This document shows positions 20,012 to 29,516 of a stretch of 64,000 bases of DNA, one piece after another. Within the stretch, counting starts at the first letter, position 1; every line of letters begins with the position of its first letter. A program made the position numbers and the translations under genes. Source of the DNA: Candidatus Poribacteria bacterium (lineage in GTDB: Bacteria; Poribacteria; WGA-4E; WGA-3G); assembly GCA_965205015.1 (NCBI GenBank), contig OZ242029.1, positions 4,192,001-4,256,000 on the forward strand. The letters run 5' to 3'. The notes below the pieces were generated by a model that was given only the letters and a program-made list of their open reading frames with translations, was not told the origin of the DNA and searched no databases.

Positions 20012-21676
20012 CTCTGATTGCCATTCCCCGGTCATTAGCAATCCGAGTACCTCGATATCGTTGCGTTGCGCCGTTGCTTCGATCAGTTTGCCTCTCGACA
20101 TGACATAGAGTCGATCGCTCAACAATAAAACCTCGTCTAACTCTGTTGAAATTAACAGGACAGATTTTTGTGCGTCGCGCTGTGCCAACAGGTTCTCATG
20201 GACATAGCGAGCTGCGTTGACATCTAAACCGCGTGTCGGATTCACAGCGATAAGGAGGTCGGGGTGCAGCGAGATTTCTCGGGCGAGGACGATTTTCTGT
20301 TGATTGCCGCCAGAAAGCGCGGACGCGGGAATATCAGGATTCGGGGGTCGGATATCATAATCCGTGATTAAACTTTCTGCTGTTTCACGTTTCCGCTTCT
20401 GGTTAAGGACATTCCAGTGAGCGAGATTTTGTAGGTGGGTCACGTTCAAAAGGAGGTTTTCCGTAACCGAAAACGCGGCGATAACCCCGGTTGTCTGCCT
20501 ATCTTCAGGGATATAGCCGACACCGTGTTGACGGACCGCCTTTATCCCTTTGTTGACGGAGCCTTTCAATCTTCGATTGAACAGCGAAGTCAACTTCGGA
20601 TCGGTGCCTAAGATGCTTACTGTACCAGAGTCACTGGGTCGTAACCCCATGATTGCCTCGGCGAGTTCACGCTGTCCATTGCCATCGACACCAGCGATAC
20701 CCACAATTTCACCGCGACAGGTCTCCATAGAGACATCTGACACTGCGATCTCGTTTCGACTGCCGAGGACTGTTAAGTTTGAGATGTGTAGGACATTCTC
20801 TGGAGGGACGTTTTCGAGGTGTGTGCCGGTTGAACGTTCAACGTCGGTGATGTCTTCTCCAATCATCTCCCTTGCGAGTTCCCGTGCGGTTAATTCACCC
20901 GTCGGCCCGAGATAAACTTTCTTGCCGCGTCTTAAAACGGTAATTCGATCACTGATACTCAGGACCTCTTTCATTTTGTGGCTAATGAAGATGATGGCGC
21001 GACCATCGGCTTGAAGTTTGCGCAGAATCGTGAAGAACCCTTCTACCTCCTGTGGGCTTAGAACGGCGGTGGGTTCATCGAGGATCAGGATACGGGCATC
21101 AACGGCGAGAGCTTTGAGGATCTCCACGCGTTGTTTTAAACCGACTGAGAGCGTCCGGACCAGCGCCGTTGGATCAACAGCGAGACCGAACCGCTCCGAG
21201 AGCTCTTCAGTGATACGGATAGCCTCCTCCTTCTTAAACCAAAAAGAGTGGAGGAGTGGAAGACAGGAAGATTGGAGGAAAGATTTCCAGCCATCCTTCC
21301 ACTTTTCCCCCCTTTCCTCCTTCCTACCTGTTCGCAATTGTCCAAGAGCCAAGGCGATATTCTCAGCGACCGTCAGGTTCTCAATCAGCATAAAGTGCTG
21401 ATGCACCATGCCGATACCGTTCGCAATCGCATCCCGTGGTGACTTTGCCCGTAACCTGCGCCGCCAGTTTTCGCGATCGGTAACATAGATGCGTCCCAAG
21501 GACGGTTGGTAAAGCCCATAGATGAGATTCATCAGCGTGGACTTTCCTGCGCCATTCTCTCCCAAAATCGCGTGGATTTCACCGGCTTGCAATTCAAAAT
21601 CGACATCGTCAACAGCGACAAGATCGCCGAAGGATTTCGTAACATTCCGAAGTTCAAGGATATTCTCTGTTGCCAT
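19994..21676 (-). CDS. ABC transporter ATP-binding protein with two NBDs (NupA/YufO-like)
   Basis: GENGAGKS, GMVHQHF, LDEPT, LSGGNQQK, PTRGLDV. Confidence 0.93.
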   Translation of the reverse strand: MATENILELRNVTKSFGDLVAVDDVDFELQAGEIHAILGENGAGKSTLMNLIYGLYQPSLGRIYVTDRENWRRRLRAKSPRDAIANGIGMVHQHFMLIENLTVAENIALALGQLRTGRKEERGEKWKDGWKSFLQSSCLPLLHSFWFKKEEAIRITEELSERFGLAVDPTALVRTLSVGLKQRVEILKALAVDARILILDEPTAVLSPQEVEGFFTILRKLQADGRAIIFISHKMKEVLSISDRITVLRRGKKVYLGPTGELTARELAREMIGEDITDVERSTGTHLENVPPENVLHISNLTVLGSRNEIAVSDVSMETCRGEIVGIAGVDGNGQRELAEAIMGLRPSDSGTVSILGTDPKLTSLFNRRLKGSVNKGIKAVRQHGVGYIPEDRQTTGVIAAFSVTENLLLNVTHLQNLAHWNVLNQKRKRETAESLITDYDIRPPNPDIPASALSGGNQQKIVLAREISLHPDLLIAVNPTRGLDVNAARYVHENLLAQRDAQKSVLLISTELDEVLLLSDRLYVMSRGKLIEATAQRNDIEVLGLLMTGEWQSEEEMEG

Positions 21677-22531
21677 TTATGGTAGATACCATCTTTCGGT
21701 TCTTGATGTTGTTAACTCGCCGTCGTAAGCGATAACCCGAAGTGAGACTTTCCAACGCTCACCTGCTGGTGTTGATACGGCACCCGTCCATGTCGGGTTA
21801 TAGAGTGCCATCCCATAATCGCGAATAAACCATGGACCGCGGACACCTTCATTGAGAATCCTCATACAGACCCCAAAGGCTCCATGGCCTGCCAATACGT
21901 TCTGATAGGCAACGAAGTCGGATTCGCCTTCGTGAACGACTTCAACACCCCCCTTACGTCCGTTGTCCCCCAACACAATACCGCCCATGACAGGGAGGAG
22001 TCTCGGTTCAACGCGGATACCGATGCTTCCGAACTTCGTCTGCGGATATGTCACAGCACCGTAAGCCGCAATTTTTTCGCTCGTCATATCGCAAACGGTG
22101 GCATCATCGAGTGCATAAAGATTGACAGTGCGGATTTCGTCAATCATCGGTTCTTCGTTCTCATCTCGCCAGATAACATTTTGAACGAACTGCACGCCAT
22201 CAGTATGGGGAGTAATGTCAATCGCTTTCTGTGTATCCATCCGTCCCAGTTTCTCAAAGACTTTATCTGTAAAGGAGCGACGGGGTGGCGATGCCCAGAA
22301 ACCCGCCTCTCTGTCGCCGACCTGCACGGGTCCTTGTCCAACAAAAATACCGTTGTGGAACGGATGGTCGAAGGCGAATTCCTGAACAACGGTGTGTCCT
22401 GCTGGTGTGTAGAACGGAAAAACAAAGGGACGATAAAAATTTGCACCGACACCGCCCAAACAGCGACCCGTATCACTTTGGACGACTAAATGTGTTTTTG
22501 CGTTAACTTTGACTTCAAAAGTGTTTTTCAT
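21677..22531 (-). CDS. DUF6807 / PmoA-like (PF14100-type) protein of unknown function
   Basis: RPFVFPFYTPAG, DHPFHNGIF, PWFIRDYG. Confidence 0.65.
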   Translation of the reverse strand: MKNTFEVKVNAKTHLVVQSDTGRCLGGVGANFYRPFVFPFYTPAGHTVVQEFAFDHPFHNGIFVGQGPVQVGDREAGFWASPPRRSFTDKVFEKLGRMDTQKAIDITPHTDGVQFVQNVIWRDENEEPMIDEIRTVNLYALDDATVCDMTSEKIAAYGAVTYPQTKFGSIGIRVEPRLLPVMGGIVLGDNGRKGGVEVVHEGESDFVAYQNVLAGHGAFGVCMRILNEGVRGPWFIRDYGMALYNPTWTGAVSTPAGERWKVSLRVIAYDGELTTSRTERWYLP

Positions 22532-24168
22532 GTTTTTTCCTTGACGTTAAAACTCGCTGTCATTGATGAAGGAACCTCTTGAACCACAGGAATGACGTAA
22601 CTCCGAATCGTTAGGTTTCTGTCTAACGTTTCTGTTTCTACGCGTGATTCCGCGCGTTCACGATGATCAAAGACCACGTAGTATCCTTCAGCCGCGCCTT
22701 CTAATGTGAGATACGCGGCGAGCTGCTGTTTACCGGCTTGATAGCGTGCCTGCCTTCTCCAAATCTTTGTTTCAATGATATATTTTGCGCTGTTGTGTGT
22801 GATGAGGATATCGATCCTACCGCGCCCTGTTTGGACTTCAAGATACATACTGCCGCCCACTGCTTGGACAAACTGGTCAAGATAGGTAAGCAGGAGATGC
22901 CGACCGACCGACTCCGGTGGGGTCTGGGGGACTTGCAGGATCTGGAAGCCTGCCCGTGCGATGAAGTCTCGGAAGTTGTCAAGCAACGGTTCCATGGCAA
23001 TGTGTCCTGTATCTGTGAGATACGTCCGGAACCCGGTAAGGTTGTCTTCGGGGAAGTATTCCGCCTCTAATCCGTTGACTGTCGGCTTGAATGCTCGCAG
23101 GATAGCATACAGATAGATCGGGTTGGCAATATCACAGAGACCGTCCGCCCCTTCGGAGATAACCCCATACGTCGCAAGTTCATCGATGGTTTCATCGTGT
23201 AGATTGAACGGGACCCCCTCATCGGATGCAGTGATTCTCATGAGGATTTTTTCAAAACGCGGATCCTTGCGGATATTCGTCGTCAGATGCGCAATGTTCG
23301 TGTTCCTGCTGTGAAGGAGCTGTGTATGTGCCGACCTCCAGTGCTCCATTGTAATCGTCTCAGTTTTCGGGATGTCCATCTCTTCCGTAAGAATTTGTGC
23401 GAACCGATTAACAAGTACAGGTTGCCCCGCAGTCTGTTTATGAATGGATGCCACAACTTCAGGCTCGAACGCTTGATCCACTTCCTCCGTATACTGCGCA
23501 AGCAGTTCCGCGACCTGTTCATGTGTAAAGTTTGGTAAATGAAATTCCTGTTGAATATTGAACGGAGAGATGGATCTGTCGTAGCCGAGTTGAATGATGT
23601 TTTTAACTCCCACGATGCCGACACTGTGGGGACATCGCGTCTTACCGGAGAGGTAAATATGGCGCAGCGAGCGCAGGAAACCCTTGACAGCCGACTGTGG
23701 AATAGCGTCAAACTCGTCAATAATAAGCACAACTTTCTGCTGAATTCCATAGTGTGAGTCAAGCAAGCGATCCAGTTGGGCAAAGAACCTTCGCATCGCT
23801 CTATGATCCGTTATCTCGGTCGTCTCCAAAAATTCTATGAGTGCTTCAGAAGGTGCTTGCCCACGCCGCTGAAAAATGGTTTCTATTTCTTCCCGAATAT
23901 CCTCGGAGAGCCCTCGGTAAAAATCAGCAGGAGTATCGTCTTCGTGTTCCTCAAAGTTCAGTTGAATTGGGAAGTAGGTTAAATCTTCGGCTGTGAGTTT
24001 CTCAAGTGCCAGTCGGAAAAAGGTCGTTTTGCCAGTTTGACGCGGTGCGAATAAAACGATGTATTTGCCCTGTTTGATGCGTTCGATGAAATCGGCTGTT
24101 CCTTCTGTGCGCGGGACAACGTAGTTATCCTCAAGATACAAACGCCCTTCGGTCCCAAAACGTCTCAT
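22528..24168 (-). CDS. AAA-like ATPase with C-terminal PD-(D/E)XK nuclease domain
   Basis: APRQTGKTT, IIDEFD, SPFNI, GRIDI...IIETK. Confidence 0.85.
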   Translation of the reverse strand: MRRFGTEGRLYLEDNYVVPRTEGTADFIERIKQGKYIVLFAPRQTGKTTFFRLALEKLTAEDLTYFPIQLNFEEHEDDTPADFYRGLSEDIREEIETIFQRRGQAPSEALIEFLETTEITDHRAMRRFFAQLDRLLDSHYGIQQKVVLIIDEFDAIPQSAVKGFLRSLRHIYLSGKTRCPHSVGIVGVKNIIQLGYDRSISPFNIQQEFHLPNFTHEQVAELLAQYTEEVDQAFEPEVVASIHKQTAGQPVLVNRFAQILTEEMDIPKTETITMEHWRSAHTQLLHSRNTNIAHLTTNIRKDPRFEKILMRITASDEGVPFNLHDETIDELATYGVISEGADGLCDIANPIYLYAILRAFKPTVNGLEAEYFPEDNLTGFRTYLTDTGHIAMEPLLDNFRDFIARAGFQILQVPQTPPESVGRHLLLTYLDQFVQAVGGSMYLEVQTGRGRIDILITHNSAKYIIETKIWRRQARYQAGKQQLAAYLTLEGAAEGYYVVFDHRERAESRVETETLDRNLTIRSYVIPVVQEVPSSMTASFNVKEKT

Positions 24169-24527
24169 GCTTCCTTTCTCCTAACAGTATTTCTCTTCAG
24201 GGTGCTAAGTTTCACTGCTATCTTGGCTTCGCGCCAAATATCCTAAAAAGTATACGTTATTTGGGCAGGCATGTCAACAGAATTGTGCAGAGTTCGTCAA
24301 TTCGTTTGTAGGAGGGCTCTCCGAATTTTGACCGTTTTCACTCCCCGCTTACCGGGGAATACAAGGGAGTAGACTGCGGCTCTCGATGTTCTGTGTAAAA
24401 AAATATTTGACAAGAATTTCAACCTTGTGGTATTATTTTTGCTAATCACGCAATATGCTGACAAGAAATGCCACCAGCGTGTTTGGTAGGTTCCAGAAGA
24501 AGTTGTGAAAAAAAGGAGATATATTTT

Positions 24528-27179
24528 ATGAAACCGAAACATCTATGGGTTCTGACGGTTTTCTTTGTAACGCTTACATCGGTACTGACTACCTTTGCCC
24601 AAGATTCATCGCAGTGGCATCTCCCCGAAGGTGCCAAAGTGCGATTTGGTAAAGGTAATATCAGCCAAATCGTATATTCACCTGATGGAACGCTTTTGGC
24701 ATTGGGGAGTAGCCTCGGTATTTGGATTTACGATGCGGAGACGGGCGAAGCACTTGACCTGCTCACGGGGCAGACGGGTGTTGTCTATAGGGTCTCTTTT
24801 AGTCCGGATGGCACTACGCTCGCAAGTGGGAGTAGGGACAGCACCATCCGTTTGTGGGATGTCAACACGGGCAGACCCCTGCACACGCTCACGGGGCATA
24901 CGCGTGCTGTCTTTAGCGTCTCTTTTAGTCCTGATGGTCAGACGTTGGCAAGCGGGAGTGTGGACAGCACCATCCGTTTGTGGGATGTCAACACGGGCAG
25001 ACCCCTGCACACGCTCATAGGACATACGGGTGGGGCCCATAGCGTCTCTTTTAGTCCTGATGGTCAGACGCTGGCAGGTGGAAGTAGGGATGGCACTGTC
25101 CGTTTGTGGAATGCCAAAACGGGCAGACCCCTGCACACGCTCACGGGGCATACGCGTGCTGTCTTTAGCGTCTCTTTTAGTCCTGATGGTCAGACGCTGG
25201 CAAGTCAGTGTTGGGACCTCACTGTCCGTTTGTGGGATGTCAACACGGGCAGACTTCTTCGCACGCTCACAGGGCATACGGATGATGTCCGGAGCGTCCG
25301 GTTTAGTCCTGATGGTCAGACGCTGGCAAGTCTGACGCTGGACACCATCCGTTTGTCGGATGTCAGCACGGGCAGACATCTGAACACGCTCACAGGACAT
25401 ACTGGGCAGTTGGTCTTAAGTGCCTCTTTTAGTCCTGATGGCAGCATGCTGGCAACTGGAAGTATGGACCGCACTGTCCGTTTGTGGGATGTCAGGAGTG
25501 GGGCACACCTTCGCACGCTCACAGGGCATACGGCAGGTGTTGCAAGCCTCACTTTTAGTCCTGATGGCACTATGCTGGTAAGTCAGGGTTGGGATCATGA
25601 CGGCACCTTCCGTTTGTGGGATGTCAGCACAGGCAGACATCTGAGCACGCTCACAGGCCATGGTACGGGTTGGCTTGCGGGTTCGGTCAAAAACGTCTCT
25701 TTTAGTTCTGATGGCAGCACGCTGGTAAGTCGGACTTGGGACAACAACGTTTACTTGTGGGATGCCAACACGGGCAGACACCTTCGCAGGCTCACAGAGA
25801 ATGAGGGGAGATGTTTCCTTGGCGTCTCCGTGAGTCCAGATGGCACCACGCTGGCAAATAGAGGTCAGGATGGCAATATCAGAAACATCAGTTTGTCGGA
25901 TGTCAATACCGGCAGACACCTTCGCACGCTCACAGGGCATACGAATAGAGTTGTACGGGTTTCTTTTAGTCCTGATGGCAGCACGCTGATAAGTTGGAGT
26001 TGGGACGCGACTATCCGTTTGTGGGATGTCAGGAGTGGGGAACACCTTCGCACGTTCACAGAAAAGGATATGCCGGATGCCTATAACCTATCCTTTAGTC
26101 CAGATGGCACCACGCTGGCAGGTGGAAGTAGGGATGGCACTGTCCGTTTGTGGAATGCCAAAACGGGTAGACCCCTTCACACGCTCACAGGGCATACGAG
26201 TAATGTCGAAAACGTCTCTTTTAGTCCTGATGGCAGCACGCTGGTAAGTGGGAGTTGGGACGCGACTATCCGTTTGTGGGATGTCAGGAGTGGGGAACAC
26301 CTTCGCACGTTCATAGGGCATACGGGTAATGTCTGGAGCGTCTCTTTTAGTCCAGATGGCACCACGCTAGCAGGTGGAAGTACGGATGGCACCGTCCGTT
26401 TGTGGGATGTCAACACGGGTAGTGCCCTTCGCACGCTCACGGGACATACGGAGCCTGTCAAAAGCGTATCCTTCAGTCCAGATGGCACCACGCTGGCAAG
26501 TGGAAGTAGGGATGGCACCGTGCTTCTTTGGGAACTCGTGCCGACTTCACCGGAACCCGAAAGCATCGCCGAGGATGTCAACGGCGACGGTGTCGTCGAC
26601 ATTATCGACCTGACTTTGGTTGCATCAAACTTCGGGAAAATAGGACAAAACGCAGCGGATATCAACGGAGATGGCACCGTCGATATCGTTGATCTCACAC
26701 GGGTTGCTGGCGCATTTGGGAACGCAGCTGCCGCACCTGAAGTATGGAGTCGCCATCTGGAGATCACCCTCACAAGAGAGCAAGTTCAACAGTGGCTAAC
26801 TCAAGCCCAGCAGATGAACCTGACAGATTTGACATTTCAACGTGGGATTCTCATCTTAGAACAACTGCTTACGGTATTGACACCCAAGGAAACGGCACTT
26901 TTGCCGAATTACCCGAATCCGTTCAACCCTGAGACGTGGATGCCCTATCAGTTGGCAGTACCCGCAGACGTTAGCGTATCTATCTATTCAGCGAATGGAC
27001 GCTTGATTCGGACGCTTGATTTGGGACAGCAGCCTGTAGGGGTCTATAAATCCCGGAGTCGTGCAGCGTATTGGGATGGCAGAAATGCGTTGGGTGAACC
27101 CGTGGCAAGTGGAGTCTACTTTTATACGCTTACCGCAGGCGACTTTACCGCGACACGGCGGATGCTCATTCTGAAATAG
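24528..27179 (+). CDS. Secreted WD40 beta-propeller protein with dockerin-like and FlgD-Ig-like C-terminal domains
   Basis: AGGAG RBS, signal peptide, about 14 near-identical TGH...SFSPDG..LASGS.D.T.RLWD repeats, DVNGDG, NYPNPFNPETW. Confidence 0.9.
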   Translation: MKPKHLWVLTVFFVTLTSVLTTFAQDSSQWHLPEGAKVRFGKGNISQIVYSPDGTLLALGSSLGIWIYDAETGEALDLLTGQTGVVYRVSFSPDGTTLASGSRDSTIRLWDVNTGRPLHTLTGHTRAVFSVSFSPDGQTLASGSVDSTIRLWDVNTGRPLHTLIGHTGGAHSVSFSPDGQTLAGGSRDGTVRLWNAKTGRPLHTLTGHTRAVFSVSFSPDGQTLASQCWDLTVRLWDVNTGRLLRTLTGHTDDVRSVRFSPDGQTLASLTLDTIRLSDVSTGRHLNTLTGHTGQLVLSASFSPDGSMLATGSMDRTVRLWDVRSGAHLRTLTGHTAGVASLTFSPDGTMLVSQGWDHDGTFRLWDVSTGRHLSTLTGHGTGWLAGSVKNVSFSSDGSTLVSRTWDNNVYLWDANTGRHLRRLTENEGRCFLGVSVSPDGTTLANRGQDGNIRNISLSDVNTGRHLRTLTGHTNRVVRVSFSPDGSTLISWSWDATIRLWDVRSGEHLRTFTEKDMPDAYNLSFSPDGTTLAGGSRDGTVRLWNAKTGRPLHTLTGHTSNVENVSFSPDGSTLVSGSWDATIRLWDVRSGEHLRTFIGHTGNVWSVSFSPDGTTLAGGSTDGTVRLWDVNTGSALRTLTGHTEPVKSVSFSPDGTTLASGSRDGTVLLWELVPTSPEPESIAEDVNGDGVVDIIDLTLVASNFGKIGQNAADINGDGTVDIVDLTRVAGAFGNAAAAPEVWSRHLEITLTREQVQQWLTQAQQMNLTDLTFQRGILILEQLLTVLTPKETALLPNYPNPFNPETWMPYQLAVPADVSVSIYSANGRLIRTLDLGQQPVGVYKSRSRAAYWDGRNALGEPVASGVYFYTLTAGDFTATRRMLILK

Positions 27180-27256
27180 AGGGTTGCGAATTGACAACCT
27201 ACATAACTGTCCTGGACCGACCACGAATGTTCCCTCCAGTTTCAAATTGAAGGTAA

Positions 27257-27535
27257 ACTTGGTTTATAGTAGACTGTTGGTTCGCGGGATCTTTCCTAAC
27301 ATCAGTAACCTTTGGGTGTTTAGGTGGAACTGCCGTTGCAGTAAATGCCCAATTTATGCCAGTGACCGCACCTACGCACCGATTGATGGGAAAATCCGCT
27401 ACCTACGTCAATGCTTACATAACCGCGTATAAGCGAGAGGTCAGGAACAAACGACTCATCTACACATCTACTGGATGTATAGCTGGATCGGCGGTTGCTG
27501 CTTTATTCACTTACCCTCGTCTTTACATCTACTAA
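27257..27535 (+). pseudogene. 5'-truncated membrane protein remnant
   Basis: Open frame WFAGSFLTSVTFGCLGGTAVAVNAQFMPVTAPTHRLMGKSATYVNAYITAYKREVRNKRLIYTSTGCIAGSAVAALF...; no RBS or start at its 5' end. Confidence 0.5.
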
Positions 27536-27714
27536 TTAGAGGGCTATAAACTCATCAAAATGAGATTGTTAGTAGCAGGGACTGTATCTCCGCATGCTAA
27601 CACAGATGGGTATTGCCGATGCGCCTGAAAAGATTGGCATATTTTCACAGAAAGTGGTATAATGTTCTCAGTCTGGTAACGTAATGCTATCACCACAAAC
27701 AGGAAGGTCAAATA

Positions 27715-27954
27715 ATGGAACATCAAGTTACCCTCAATATTCCTGATGCCATGTACCAACGCGCTCGCCAAATTGCAAAAACGCAAGGGGTTAAATTAGA
27801 AAATGTCCTCGTTGATGTGTTACGTGCGTATTGGGCTGCTGTCAAGGATCCTTTGACTGAGGCAGAGAAACTGGCAACTATTGCCCCAAGTATAGAATCA
27901 ACAGATTGGTGGGATGTTGAAGGCGATAAGGAGTGGGACACATGGACACCCTAA
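27715..27954 (+). CDS. Putative antitoxin (ribbon-helix-helix-like N-terminus)
   Basis: VTLNIPDAMYQRARQIA; acidic C-terminus; overlaps the toxin gene. Confidence 0.7.
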   Translation: MEHQVTLNIPDAMYQRARQIAKTQGVKLENVLVDVLRAYWAAVKDPLTEAEKLATIAPSIESTDWWDVEGDKEWDTWTP

Positions 27955-28277
27955 AGTCCGCAGATGTGATTATTGCCGATTTCCCAGGAGTTACAGGCAT
28001 TAAAAGGCGACCGGCAGTGGTTATCTCAACTGTGGATTACCATACCATCGCTGGAGACGTGATTCTTGGAGCAGTAACAACGAATTTAACCATTGCAACG
28101 ACACCTACAGATCACTTGATTGCTAATTGGACAGGAGCAGGTCTCCGTAGACCAAGTGCATTTAGGAGTTTCCTTGTAACACTCCCACAAAGCAAAGTTT
28201 TAGCAGTCATTGGGCACTTATCACCTGCAGATTGGCAAAAGGTGCAGGCATGCCTCCGCAAAGCAATAGCGGTGTGA
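27942..28277 (+). CDS. PemK/MazF family toxin
   Basis: DVIIADFP...KRRPAVVIS, GLRRPS, IGHLS. Confidence 0.85.
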   Translation: MDTLKSADVIIADFPGVTGIKRRPAVVISTVDYHTIAGDVILGAVTTNLTIATTPTDHLIANWTGAGLRRPSAFRSFLVTLPQSKVLAVIGHLSPADWQKVQACLRKAIAV

Positions 28278-28394
28278 GTGCTTTCAGATTCAATACTTCC
28301 TATTCGACAGAATTTTTACACCCCCCTTTACATTTTTCCCGTAAACATGCTATACTTTATCAAACATTCTTGTGAAGTAAGGAGAAATTTTGAA

Positions 28395-29441
28395 GTGATA
28401 CAGATATTTTACAAGTTACGCGATAACATTGCAATCCAGGCATTATACCTGTGCCTTTTCATCATTGGACTCATGCTAATTGGGAGCACGAATCTTGAAG
28501 CGAAAGGACATGAAAAATTTAAGGTTGCCATGCTACTTCCGGGTTCAATCAGCGATGCGGGGTGGAACGCCTTAGCGTATGAAGGACTGAAAGCGATTGA
28601 AAAACAGCTCGGCGCGGAGATCAGTCATGCTGAGACCCGAACCCCGACGGATCAGGAAGAACAATTCCGCGCGTATGCACTCGACGGTTATAACATGGTG
28701 TTCGGACACGGATACGAGTTCCAAGATCCCGCAAAGGCGGTCGCTCCGGATTTTCCTGAGACGATTTTCATTACGTCTTCCGGTGGCACGATCACCAATA
28801 ATATCTCAGCTGTTAACTTTCGTGTTGAACAGGCCGCCTATCTGTTAGGGATGATCGCAGGAAAGATGACACAAACCAATAAGCTCGGCGTCATGGGTGG
28901 ACAGAACATCCCATCTGTCAATAGCACGTTTATGGCGTTTGAAGGTGGGGCGAAAAGTGTGAATCCTGAAGTAGAGGTATCTTGGGTATACGTCGGAAAC
29001 TGGGAGGACATCGGTAAAGGCAAGGAACTCGCACTTGCACAGATTAATGAGGGTGTTGACTTCCTTTTCCCGAATGCAGACGCAGCAGGACTCGGGGCTT
29101 ATGAAGCTGCTGAAACTGCCCAAAAAGAGGGAAAAACTGTTTACGCGTTCGGTGCGAATCGTGACAAGAGCGATATTGCCCCGGAAGTCGTCATTGCAAA
29201 TGCTGTGATTACGCCCAATGCATTTGTGCAGATTGCTAAGATCATTAAGGAAGGCACGTTTAAGCCCCAGATCTATACCTTCAATATGCTCACGGATGAG
29301 GCGATCACGCTCACCTATAACCCCGCATTGAAGGATAAAGTGCCGGCAGACGTGCGAAAAGCTGTTGAAGAGGCGAAAGCCAAAATCCTCGCAGGCGAGT
29401 TGAAGGTGCCACAAATTGATTTCTCTGAAAAGGAAGATTAG
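28395..29441 (+). CDS. BMP family ABC substrate-binding protein (purine nucleoside-type)
   Basis: PGSISDAGWN, GHGYEF, AYLLGMIAG, F..GAK.VNP; GTG start after AGGAG. Confidence 0.88.
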   Translation: MIQIFYKLRDNIAIQALYLCLFIIGLMLIGSTNLEAKGHEKFKVAMLLPGSISDAGWNALAYEGLKAIEKQLGAEISHAETRTPTDQEEQFRAYALDGYNMVFGHGYEFQDPAKAVAPDFPETIFITSSGGTITNNISAVNFRVEQAAYLLGMIAGKMTQTNKLGVMGGQNIPSVNSTFMAFEGGAKSVNPEVEVSWVYVGNWEDIGKGKELALAQINEGVDFLFPNADAAGLGAYEAAETAQKEGKTVYAFGANRDKSDIAPEVVIANAVITPNAFVQIAKIIKEGTFKPQIYTFNMLTDEAITLTYNPALKDKVPADVRKAVEEAKAKILAGELKVPQIDFSEKED

Positions 29442-29446
29442 AGCGA

Positions 29447-29470
29447 TGGGCGGGGAGGCCCGCCCCTACG
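29447..29470 (-). repeat. GTAG-type REP-like hairpin
   Basis: gggcggggaggcccgcccctac. Confidence 0.6.
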
Positions 29471-29516
29471 AACGTCCATCATTTTAAGGTGGACAGCACA
29501 ATACGGAGACCAGTTA

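Noticed and set aside
19902-20024. Long N-terminal extension of the permease in the ORF track
   Set aside because: Derived from an intergenic repeat; similar over-extensions at 2086, 3051, 9565, 28278 and 33315 were also trimmed
21677-22531. Methane monooxygenase subunit
   Set aside because: The PmoA-like family name is misleading; the protein is soluble and has no pmoB/pmoC neighbours (also 51789-52934)
24678-26321. Repetitive antisense ORFs
   Set aside because: Shadows of the WD40 repeats; other short ORFs overlapping well-supported genes were likewise ignored
24770-26540. Diversity-generating retroelement template/variable repeats
   Set aside because: No reverse transcriptase in the window; the repeats are tandem WD40 units and differences are not adenine-specific
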